Assembly (NCBI GenBank): GCA_047495785.1
Contig: JBLDXI010000103.1
Span: 166,247-230,246, forward strand
DNA: 64,000 nucleotides
Source: Lepidodermella squamata
Taxonomy: Eukaryota; Animalia; Gastrotricha
Direction of reading: 5' to 3'
Made by a program: the position numbers and the translations under genes. Shown here in pieces: positions 41,060 through 51,245 of the stretch. The notes under the pieces are model-generated. The model made no database searches, was not told the origin of the DNA, and worked only from the letters and a program-made list of their open reading frames with translations. Each line of letters begins with the position of its first letter. Position 1 is the first letter of the stretch.

Positions 41060-41907
41060 CATAGATAAATAAATACAGTAGATCTGACACGCTAGTACAT
41101 TGTACATTTATGTGTGCCGAGATGACTCATCACGATTTTTTGCTTTTTGGGTCGCGTGCCGGAAGAAATCACTTGATGAGGGTAATAATCTGTGTACTGC
41201 AAAAAGTGAGCAGCGATCAACTGAAAAAGGTTGCCTATTTTGAAATTGAAAAATCTCAAATAGCGTCATAACCGATTTTGCTAAAAAAATTCACGGGAAC
41301 AGGGATTGCGTTCAGCTTCATTTTGATATAATTTTTAGAGCCGGCAAGTTGACCTGTTTGGAGGGAAAATTCGCGGTATTTTGACTAGTAAAATTCCAGC
41401 AAAATAATTTATTTTTGTTTCCATAATATTCAAAATATTTTGTATCCACAAATTATCGCATGCAATTTTTTTCAATCGATTCTGGAATTTTTATGGTAAT
41501 TTTAGAATATTCACCTCTTTTTTAGTAATGATTCATCACTGGAAACTCGGCACAAATAGCATGAAAAACAAGGTAAAAGTGGGTCTTTTCAAAAATTCAC
41601 AATAAGAAGGTTGCCGCCCGTAATATTTATACCAGCATGTAGATTAGAGCTTCCTCTACAATTAGCCAAAAAATTGATAATAAATTAAATGCGGCTCAAA
41701 AATGCTGGTTCTTGAAAAAGGTTGCCTATTTTGAAATTGAAAAATCTCAAATAGCGTCATAACCGATTTGGATGATTTTTTGGCTAATTGTAGAGGAAGC
41801 TCTAATCTACATGCTGGTATAAATACACCCCTTTTCTCGTGAGTAGACAGTCTATACTGATATTATGTCTATGAGCGTGTCAGATCTACTGTATTTATTT
41901 ATCTATG
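41060..41907. mobile_element. Non-autonomous TIR element with internal direct and inverted repeats
   Basis: Perfect 34-bp IR catagataaataaatacagtagatctgacacgct (41060-41093 / 41874-41907); internal ~57-bp direct repeat (41222, 41713) and ~45-bp inverted repeat (41627, 41777); no TSD found. Confidence 0.8.
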
Positions 41908-42374
41908 ACAAAAATCAATTACAGAGCTATGACAGAGCTGTCTGAATTTCGCCTGAATTGTTGCTGGAACTGGCGAAAAACATTGGCATGCTTGAAAATC
42001 AACATCAGTTAATAATTGATGCCTTTCTCTAATCTAAAAAATGCACAACTTGTCGCTCGGTTTTTTATTGATTTTATATCACTCACATGAAGACATCTCA
42101 GGAAGATTAGCAGCGGAGCATTATCGGCTGCGCTGACGTTTTTCGTCATATTTCAGTATCAAATTCATCCGCAAATCTCGAAGATCAGCTGCTGATGTTT
42201 AATTACGCCTTCCTAAAAATACGAAACTTTTCGCTTGGCTAGGGCTTACTTTGGTCGTGAGTGATTGGTTTTTCAAGTTGATGATGCTCGTTAACTCTTT
42301 ATAAACACATGCCAACCTGAGCAAAATCTGATAGCTTTGAACCTTTAAAAACAGCTCAGTTTTGCGACTGAAAA

Positions 42375-43556
42375 ATGGACAAAGTTGAAGAATCTAATGT
42401 TGACTTGAAATACGACTGGTTGTTCGGATGTATCCAAGAGAAAGGCTTCGATGACTCGAGGCCTTACTTCGTCGGATGGTATCACGATGTCCATTCCAAG
42501 TCGATCGAAGACCGGCTTCGTTATGTGATTATTCTCTACATCCATATCGCCGTTCTAATTGCAACAATTGCAAATGTTATAGTTTTCTACAAGTGGCGGG
42601 TTTGGATGAATATCATCGAACATACGGCCTTAATTGGATTCGAGAATTTTTTCTGCTGCGTATAGCTATAACAGCCCCCCACTTAATTACCCTGGAAACA
42701 GGACTTTGGGAGTCAAAAAGATGGGGTTGCCGTATCTTCGCTTTATCTCTATTCGTCTGTGGTACATGCAGCCTATTCCAAATGTCTTTGATGATTCACG
42801 ATTGGAAGCTTTTCATTCGAGGAATCAGCAAGAATCAATGAATAACCGCTTTAAAAGTGATTTTTTGCATTTATGTCCATCAATTTTCATCGAAACGATT
42901 ATTTTTAGGCATCCTGTTGTTCAAGTCTTCAATTTTTTTTGGGCTTGCGGACTGTTCCTTTGGACCTTTGGAATGGCGCAATCATTCCCTTTTCGATCGA
43001 GGTTCGATTTTGGAACGCTTCAGGAGTAGCAAATGCGACTCGACAAGCTTACTGTGGAAATTTTGTCTCCAAGCTTGGTGATACTGATACTTCAATCCTT
43101 CTAACGGTCTACTGCTTCTTTGTTCTTCTTTGTTCTTATATGTTCGGAACCAGTATGTTCCTCGCTCACAAGGAGTTCGCAACGAATGAGTCTGATAATC
43201 CCGATGCTCAGCTTTTACCTACTGGCAATCAGGATATGGACATATTTCTCGTGAAGCAATCGATTGCGGTTGCTGTGATATCTGTCATTTGCCGCATTCC
43301 GTTGCTTATTTCAGTGAGTTTGCTGCCGTTCTACGATTCAGTTGGGCCGTACGCTCTGCGAACTTGGACGCATCGGACAGCCGTGATAATAATGATGGTA
43401 CAAATGGCTGTCACGCCGATATTACAATGCTTGCGACCTGAATTCTTTCGTTATTTTATGAGGTGTAGGCGTGGATCTACCCAAAAGCATGAGACGTACT
43501 ATGGGACGCCGGCTTCGAAGCTTCATTATGCTTCCAGGAAACATATGATGAGCTAG
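42375..43556 (+). pseudogene. Class A GPCR-like array, copy 3 (frameshifts, stop, deletion)
   Basis: Homology is split over several reading frames (ORFs 42375, 42476, 42939), with TGA near 42840 and a deletion after TM5. Confidence 0.8.
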
Positions 43557-43734
43557 AAGTGTGGATTTTCACACTTCCACTTTCACACAAAAAATCAGCA
43601 AGTTTGAATTTTCACATTTTTAAAAAATCACGCCGATTTAAGAAGTAGAGTTCCATAGGGTTTTAAATTAGATCTATGATCACGTCTGATGTTCTGCGAG
43701 TCGCGGCGTCCGATAGTACGCCTCATGCCTCATG
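43488..43734. mobile_element. hAT-type MITE (CATGAGACGTACTAT family) in GPCR copy 3 C-tail
   Basis: catgagacgtactatgggacgcc ... gcggcgtccgatagtacgcctcatg; TSD cccaaaag/cccaaaac (7 of 8); empty site in copy 4. Confidence 0.75.
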
Positions 43735-44333
43735 CCCAAAACAACAGTCATCGTTCGTTTCATACGTAGAGGCGTCTACGGATTCATGGAAGGCGAAAGA
43801 AGACGAAACTGAAGAAATAATATCAACCGACCCGCGCCTAGCAATTTTCTAATAATTTTTTTCTAATACTTTATTTCGTGCTTGTGAAGTCTATTTCAAA
43901 TGGGCATATGTCACTCATTGTAAACAATTTATTTTAGTCATGTTCTGTTAACGCCAAGTATGCTTTGTTAACGCCAAGTATCATACGCTTTGATCACGGG
44001 TTCACGTGTGACATTTGACCTGCAAAACGGAAGATATCTCGTTTGCTTCACTTGTCGCAGTTAAGTTTTTAATATTCGTAAAATTCAAAGAATTATAAAA
44101 ATAAATGAAAAGTCTGCATGGTCCGGCCGTCGCCTTTTCAAATGCGCTTCACCGGGTTACGACAGGCAGCGATTAAAAACGAATGGATACGATGCTTATT
44201 GGCATTCAAAAATGCATGTCCCACTTGTAAAAACAGATAACGGGGTTTGCCATAGCTTGAAGAGTTTCTATCCCTGGTATGAACGGCCTACCAGAATATG
44301 AATTCTTGGGAATTCCTAGAAGAGTGTGTTTGT

Positions 44334-44597
44334 TTACCACACGTTGCATGTTGCCGATGCCACAGTTGGGCCGATACCAGGTATAAGTTTGACAGCTTCC
44401 TCGCCTAAACTCTGAGCAAGGGTTTTATTTTTGCTTATCCGCGTTATCAACTGCTTAGCCAATTTCGGCGCAAGTTTCGCAAAACTCTCAGTTGCAGTCC
44501 ACGCCAAACCAGACGATGCATTGGATTGGCAGTAAAATTCAATTACGGAGCTGAACTGCCTGAATATTTTGCCCGAACTGGGCATAAGAAATCTCAA
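44334..44597 (-). pseudogene. Possible IRG-type GTPase C-terminal helical fragment
   Basis: LGEEAVKLIPGIGPTVASAT resembles the EE...IP.IG..V.G helix-loop of IRG C-termini; no G domain attached. Confidence 0.4.
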
Positions 44598-45020
44598 GAG
44601 GATAATTAACAGTTAATTATTGTTGACACTAGCTGCATCTCTGATCTAAAAAATGCACAACTTGTCGCTCAGTTTTTTATTGATTTTATATCACTCACGT
44701 ATAGACATCTCAGGATGATGAGCCGTAGAGCATTACCGGCTGCGCTGACTTATTCCTTATATTTCATTATCAAGCTGACTAGTAAATACAGTATCAAGCA
44801 CTTAATTACGAAATAAAATTGTTCCTTACGCCTTCATAATCTCTAAAAATACGAAACTTGTCGTTTGGTTGAGGCTTACTACAGTCGTGATTGGTTGTTA
44901 GGAGAAACCCATCGCTAAGAAATTAGAAACGCGCTGTTGTCAAGTTGATGATGTTCTTCTAACTTTACATCAACACATCTCAGTCTCAACAAAATATCAT
45001 TCCTTTGAAACTTTGAATAC

Positions 45021-45939
45021 CGGTTTATCTTTTAGCGGAACCAAATTTACAGTGAGCGGAACCAAATATGCTGTAGCGGAACCAAATATGCTGTAGCGGA
45101 ACCAAATATATTAAGGCGGAACCAAATTTTGAATATATCGAGAAATTGAAATTTTAGCGGAACCAAATATGCTGTAGCGGAACCATATTGTAAAAATCGG
45201 AACCAAATGTCATTTTTATTCCACGAAAATTCAAGAAATTCAAGAAAATGTTAGGAAAATGTCAGCGATTTTTCGGCGGGCGACCGCGACCACGGCCACG
45301 TGCCGGCCTGGCCTCAGCGTTTTCGATATCTTCTACTGCTTGCTGGCCACGACCTCGGCCACGTGCCGGCCTGATAGGCTCAACTTTGTCTTCTTCAACA
45401 GCTCCGCGGCCACCACGGCCTCGGCCTCGACCGCGTCCACGTCCTTGAGCACCGCGCCTTCTTGGCCGCTTGTCATTGTCGCCGTCACAACTCTCGCAGT
45501 CTTCATCTGCGTCCTCGTCGGCGAGACTTTCTTCTTCGTCGGCAACTACGACCCCGCCAGGCAATGGCAGCGGTTGTATAGGCATTGACAAGTCATCGGC
45601 GACGGTGTCGAACTCAGACTCAGGATCTGAGCCATACGTGTTTATTAAATGCATAGCTTGAAATTTTAAATTTAAAAATGAGAGAAAATGAAAAATGAGG
45701 CGTGGCGGCGCGTGGTGTAACAAAATCCACGTGTGTGTTGTTGTTGTAAACATTTGGTTCCGATTTTTACAATATGGTTCCGCTACAGCATATTTGGTTC
45801 CGCTGAAATTTCAATTTTCCAATATTTTTAAGATTTGGTTCCGCCTTAATATATTTGGTTCCGCTACAGCATATTTGGTTCCGCTACAGCATATTTGGTT
45901 CCGCTCACTGTAAATTTGGTTCCGGTAACAGGAAGACCC
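45021..45939. mobile_element. Mutator/foldback-like element with cargo ORF
   Basis: ~190-bp near-perfect inverted arms made of 21-bp-type units gcggaaccaaatatgctgta; TSD tttgaatac (45012-45020, 45940-45948; 10 bp if the adjacent c is counted); paralogous loci lack the insertion. Confidence 0.9.
45262..45654 (-). CDS. 130-aa acidic/RG-repeat protein with C-terminal AT-hook-like motif, carried inside the transposon
   Basis: GC-rich open frame MHLINTYGSD...DEEESLADEDADEDCE...GRGRGRGRGRGG...RGRGRGRPPKNR* between AT-rich flanks. Confidence 0.55.
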   Translation of the reverse strand: MHLINTYGSDPESEFDTVADDLSMPIQPLPLPGGVVVADEEESLADEDADEDCESCDGDNDKRPRRRGAQGRGRGRGRGRGGRGAVEEDKVEPIRPARGRGRGQQAVEDIENAEARPARGRGRGRPPKNR

Positions 45940-45969
45940 TTTGAATACAGCTGATTTTCTGCTCAAATT

Positions 45970-47258
45970 ATGGACAAAATTGACTTGGAATACGATTGGA
46001 TGTTCGGATTTATTCCAGAGAAAGGCTTCAAGGGCGCGAGGCCTTACTTCCTTGGATGGTATCACGATGTCCATTCCAAGTCGATCGAAGACCGGCTTCC
46101 CTATGTGATTGTTCTCTGCATCCTGACTTTCGCCGTTCTAATTGCAACAATCGCAAATGCTATAGTTTTCTACAAATGGCGGGTTAGGTTGCATTTTCTG
46201 ACTTATTCGGCCACGCTTGGAGTCAGCAATTTTATATGCTGTCTAGCTATAACAGTACCTTACATTATAACCCTCAAAACCGGATTTTGGGAGTCAGATA
46301 ACGATGATTGCCGCAACCTTGCTTTGTTTTCATTCTTCTTTGGAACATTCAGCTTTTTCGTAATGTCGTTGATGAGTCACGATTGGAAGCATTTCATTGA
46401 ACTAGTCAGCCAAAGTCAACCGATAACCGCTACAAAAGTGAATTTTGCATTACTGTTCTTCAATCGTCTTCAAACATAAAGATTTTTATTTTTTAGCGTT
46501 CCGCTTTAGATCATGTTCTAATCTTCCATATGCTGGGGTTTATGGGCTGTTCTGCGGGAATTTCGACAATCATTCCTTTTACTGTTGGTGTTGGAAATTG
46601 GAACTCCTCAGGAGTAGCAAATGCTACTGAACAAGCTTACTTTGGAAATTTTGTCTACAAGCTAGGCGATACCGATACTTCAATTTTTCTATCGGTTTAC
46701 AGCTTTATTGTTCTTCTGATGATCGGCCCTGGACTTCTCGAATATAGGTCGATTTTCAGGATGCTTAAAAAGCTATTGAAAGACGCACCATCGCCATCGA
46801 GCTCACCAGCTCTCTCACACAAGGATGAGTTCGCAACGAATGAGTCGATCAATCCGAACGCGCAGCTCTTACCTAATGACTGCCAGGAGATTGACATATT
46901 TCTTGTGAAGCAATCGTTTGCGGTTTTCGTCATCTCTGTCATTTGCCGCATTCCTTTGCTTATTTCAGTGGGTTTGCTGCCGTTCTACGATTCAGTTGGG
47001 CCGTACGCGCTGCGAACTTGGACGCATCGGACAGCCGTGATAATAATGATGGTACAAATGGCTGTCACGCCGATTCTACAATGCTTGCAATCCGAATTCT
47101 TTCGTAATTTTACGGGGCGTGGCCGTGAATCTAATACCCAAAAGCAGTCATCGTTCGCTTCATTTTTAGAGACGTCACAGGGGTTGTGGGAGGTCAAGGA
47201 AGGCGAAACTGAAGAGCTAATATCACCCGACCCGCAGTTAGCAATTTCGCTACCATAA
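45970..47258 (+). CDS. Divergent class A (rhodopsin-like) orphan GPCR, intact copy 4 (~409 aa, 2 exons)
   Basis: Exons 45970-46437 and 46497-47258 in phase 0; seven hydrophobic segments; IANAIV (TM1 Asn), W...C (ECL1/TM3), MSHDWK at the DRY position, ICRIP (CWxP), VTPIL (NPxxY position). Confidence 0.8.
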
Positions 47259-47586
47259 TCATGACATTCATATTTTTCTGGTTCCAAACCAGTCTTTAGC
47301 TATTCATCTTTCTTTTGCTAATTCTGTGGCGTGCTATTCTTTCATTTCTTCTGTCATTTCAGTCGAGTTTGACCCGTCTTTTTGGCAGTCCTCGAGAGTC
47401 AGTCTAATAGATATTTTTGTTGTCGGGCCTATACTTGAATCTGGTCTCAATCTGCAAATGTTAACCTATATAATTAGGGTCCTCCTAATCGAGCTTGGAC
47501 GAATATTTGCCCGCATTTTGAGAATTCTGATGTTCAAATTTGTATGCGAAACATGTTTATTATATAAACCTGTAACGTTTGTAAAC

Positions 47587-47974
47587 CGTGAGACGGTACT
47601 ATAGGACGCCGCGGCTTGCTGAGAATCTGAAAAAGTGTGATATTTTTAATGAGGTCCAAAGTCCAACTCGACCAATGAATCATCTCATTACACTTTTTGA
47701 AATCATCTCAAGCCTCTTTTTTGCTTAAGATCAACGAGATCAACACATCTTTACACAGCGTCAAGCCGATCTTTTGCTGTAAAAGAATTCTCATCAGTTT
47801 TTAATTATTGACATTTAAAAAATTAAAATCTTATAAATTAAAATTTATTTAATTTCGAAATTACTGGACTAAAATTGAATTCGTATGCACATTCCGATAT
47901 GCACAGTCCGCGGCCTTCAAGAGGCCCATGTATCGGGAGCTTCGAAGCCGCGGCGTCCTATAGTACGTCTCATG
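47587..47974. mobile_element. hAT-type MITE (CATGAGACGTACTAT family)
   Basis: ~30-bp TIR cgtgagacggtactataggacgccgcggctt / aagccgcggcgtcctatagtacgtctcatg; perfect 8-bp TSD ttgtaaac (47579-47586, 47975-47982). Confidence 0.9.
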
Positions 47975-48229
47975 TTGTAAACTTCATGTTCAAATGTTCA
48001 AAGTTCAGATATTCAATTTTAAACCACGGGTTTCGCCTCTGGCAGAATCGATTCGGCATCAAATTCCGCGTTATTTTCTGAAGAGTGTTGATGTAGTTGT
48101 TGTTTCCGTCCAGGCCCCAGCCAGCCATCACATCTTGTTCATGGTTCTAATAGTACGTTGTCACGTTTGTCGTTATGCAGATAGGGCTAATCAGTCTGTT
48201 GTAGGAAGACAGCGGAGCTAAATATCGGA

Positions 48230-48860
48230 CAAATTCAATTAGAAAAATTCGATTAATTAAAAAAATTAGAGAGAATTTCCGTAATGAATTTGAGACCAGT
48301 GCCATCCGTATCCCTGAAATTCTGAAAATGTCTGAAAAGTTGCTGAAAACCTCTATCGGGGATAAAAATCGGAAAAAATTCAAATAGGAAATATTCGATC
48401 GTTAAAGTCAATTGGAGAAAATCACCGAATTCCCATCGATTCCAAAAATCTTAAACAATTCCATAAAATTACTGAAAATTTAGGAGAATCACCGAATTTC
48501 CGTTTTCCGAACAAAATCTCGAAATATTCAGATAAATTGCTAAAAACCTTTTTTGAGGCTAATAACCGGAAAATTTCAAATTTCAAAATTCTGGAAAATT
48601 CCTGAAAATCAAAGAAAATGGCCGAATTTCCTTATTTCGTAAATCCCTAAAAATTCTGAAAAATTCGGTGCTAAATTTCGGAAAAATTTAAATAGGAAAT
48701 TCCGAGAAAATCCAAGAAATTGCTGAAAATTTTAAAGAATCGCTGAATTTCCGTATCCCGAAAATTATTGAAAATTACGAAAAATCGCTGAAATCATCAT
48801 TTGTTGCTGATATCGGAAAAAATCGAATCGAATCAGAGAGAATCCCGAAAATTTCGAAAA
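48230..48860. repeat. Degenerate AT-rich tandem repeat in pseudogene intron
   Basis: Recurring ccgaatttccg, tgctgaaaa and cggaaaaattcaaatagga units. Confidence 0.55.
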
Positions 48861-51245
48861 AAGCTCTTTCGTTCAGCTCTGATGTTCCTTGTGTCTGTCA
48901 ATGAGGATTGAAGTTGCTTTCGACTAATTTTGACCAATGCCAAATCGTAGATAGGCCTAAGGTCTGAGAAGCAATGAGCAGCGGTTCGCACCCACTGCCG
49001 GTCTATCAACGCCGCTCCGCATCGCCTGCTAACTTCTTCGGCCTTCGAGTAGTGGAAGCCTTCCATGTACATGAAGACTTGAAATGGGAATTCGCCTGGA
49101 GCTGCGTCTCTGCCATTTATTATTCTCGAAGCTAGGCGCTTATTAGCCGGTTGCCGTAATAACCACGACCGCGTTTCAAGTTGATATTGAAAGCTCCAGG
49201 AAACTGATAACTTTGTTCAAAGTTAAACCGAAGCTGCACTCGTTGGGATTGAAAGCATCCAGTAGAGCTTCTGCCTCTTTCGCCAAGATGAGCAGGATTG
49301 CAGCTTTTTGGAACATTGAAGCAACTTTTACATTATACAGACTTAAAGCTTAGTATTATGTATTATGTGGCATTGAATCGATAGTAACAGACGATAAATA
49401 ATTTTATTCACTGAGCATCGTTAGTAGTGATGGCGAGTTTGCCATAAATTAATCCGTATTTTTTACCCTTCAATTTCAAAGAAATTTTTTGGTTCCAAAA
49501 AAATCCGAGTACTTTTCCTGCAGAAGTTGATTTTTTTGTCATTTTTGCCAATCCGTGTGGTAAACAAATCCAATTATTCGGAGAAGGCAATGAACATTCT
49601 AGTTTCAGTCTGTGTTTCCTATTGAATATTGAAGCGATCCCCAAGTTAACTGGCTTCAAATTGAAGCTTTCGTGTATTGGGACTGAGTTTCCGGAATGTC
49701 TGAGGTTCCCACGCTGCGAAGCCTTTGAGACTCATCTTTGCTAAGCCCTCTGGTTCCACCAGCTTTATAGACACGGATAGCTTCGGATTCTAGGTTCCTA
49801 GACTTCGGAAAAATCACTGATATTTGCAAAATCGATACTTGGAATCGATATCGGTTCTGTATGTTGAAGCAAAATACTCTCGTAATAGTGAGATTTATCG
49901 CTTGGTCTTGATCATAAGAAGCATTAGATCTAGAGAAGACGTGGAATCGAAAAACCAAATTTCAGACACATTTAGCGCTAGAAACCTATAATATTTAGGG
50001 TGCCCAGCACCAAGCAATTGCCACACTCATATCGTAAAACTTCGCGAAGGTTCGATGCTGTATATAGATATCACCATTCTAAGATCTTATTCTTTAGTAA
50101 ATTTCTAGGAAATTCCTGAGTATTCGCTTACCTGTTACGCAAGCTTTCAAGGAATTTCAGGGAATTTAAATAAAATTTAGCATGCTAAAATTATTTTCTT
50201 AATTATCACCGCAGAAATTTTATTCTCGTCTTTCATTTTTTTATTATTTATTGATAATTTGCGAAAAATACTCGGAAAATCGGGAATTCCGAAATTTCCC
50301 GCATTTTAAAAAGCTGTTTTCTGCTTTTTCCGAATTTCCATTGCCGAGCCTCTAAACGCGTGATGATAATCGGAAAAATACACGTGAATTACCTTGAATA
50401 TTTACGCTTGAATTCAACATTTTTCAAATTTCACGTCTATTTATTCAGTCTCTCGTGCTGGGTATAATTAAACCAAATATCATTCTTGTTAATCTGTCGT
50501 TAAATTTCTACCTCATCATTAAGTTCAGAAATTTTCCTAATACTTTGATATTTGATAAGCATGAGCAACCAAGCTTGAAATTCCAAGAGAAATGCATAAA
50601 AACTCCAGCACGCGTTGATGCCGAGCTCATAATCTTAAAAATTATGAATGAAATCTCCAAACCCTTGATTGTAATCTCGAGAGCACACGCCGCCCATTAC
50701 TGACGACATAACACATAAGATAATGACATTGAAGAAAAATTAGAGATGCAAAAGATGATGATGGGCACGGTGCGCACAAATTGACCGGTGCGCGCAACAA
50801 AGCGGGCTATTAAACAACCAGAGTAATAATAATAATGCGCCAGGTAATAATAATAATATTGCCATGAACCCGCGCACGTTTTTTTTATTTACGCGCGCGC
50901 ACATATAGCCACACGTATATAAAAAAATCTGACAAGAGATGATGATGAAGAGATGGCGAACTGTGTTGCCGGCTGTTCGCGGTGTAACAAGCCGCTCGAG
51001 GAGACTTGTTTTCAGCCACTCATTACCTATTACTACTAGTGTTTTTGTCACTGTAACTCGAATGTGTTGATTATCTTTTGCTCCGGCTTTGCAGGCGCCG
51101 GAAATCTCAATTAGGTCCCTAAGTGCCTGATAATATTTTTCACAGCTTGCTGAATTACACTCAGTGCGGAGTAATTTTCCGGCTGTTTTTCCACCGCGGG
51201 CAAATAAATTCAAAATTACATGTTTTTAAGGCACATTAAATCACC

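Larger units (their letters stand above)
47470..49316 (-). pseudogene. S1 serine protease pseudogene (paralogue of the 19875-21310 gene)
   Basis: RIINGRDAAPGEFPFQV, CGAALIDRQWVRTAAHC, YDLALVKI with the His-Asp linker deleted; a downstream exon reads ISPICITTNVTTYY*...MAGWG...LQK with an in-frame stop, is interrupted by a MITE, and ends in gattaggaggaccc (decayed DSGGP). Confidence 0.8.

Noticed and set aside
45035-45925. CRISPR-like array of gcggaaccaaat repeats
   Set aside because: Units are contiguous without unique spacers, form two inverted arms bounded by a TSD, there are no cas genes, and the context is eukaryotic.
45970-47258. Opsin identity for the GPCR array
   Set aside because: No lysine in TM7 (RTAVIIMMVQMAVTPIL) for retinal attachment.
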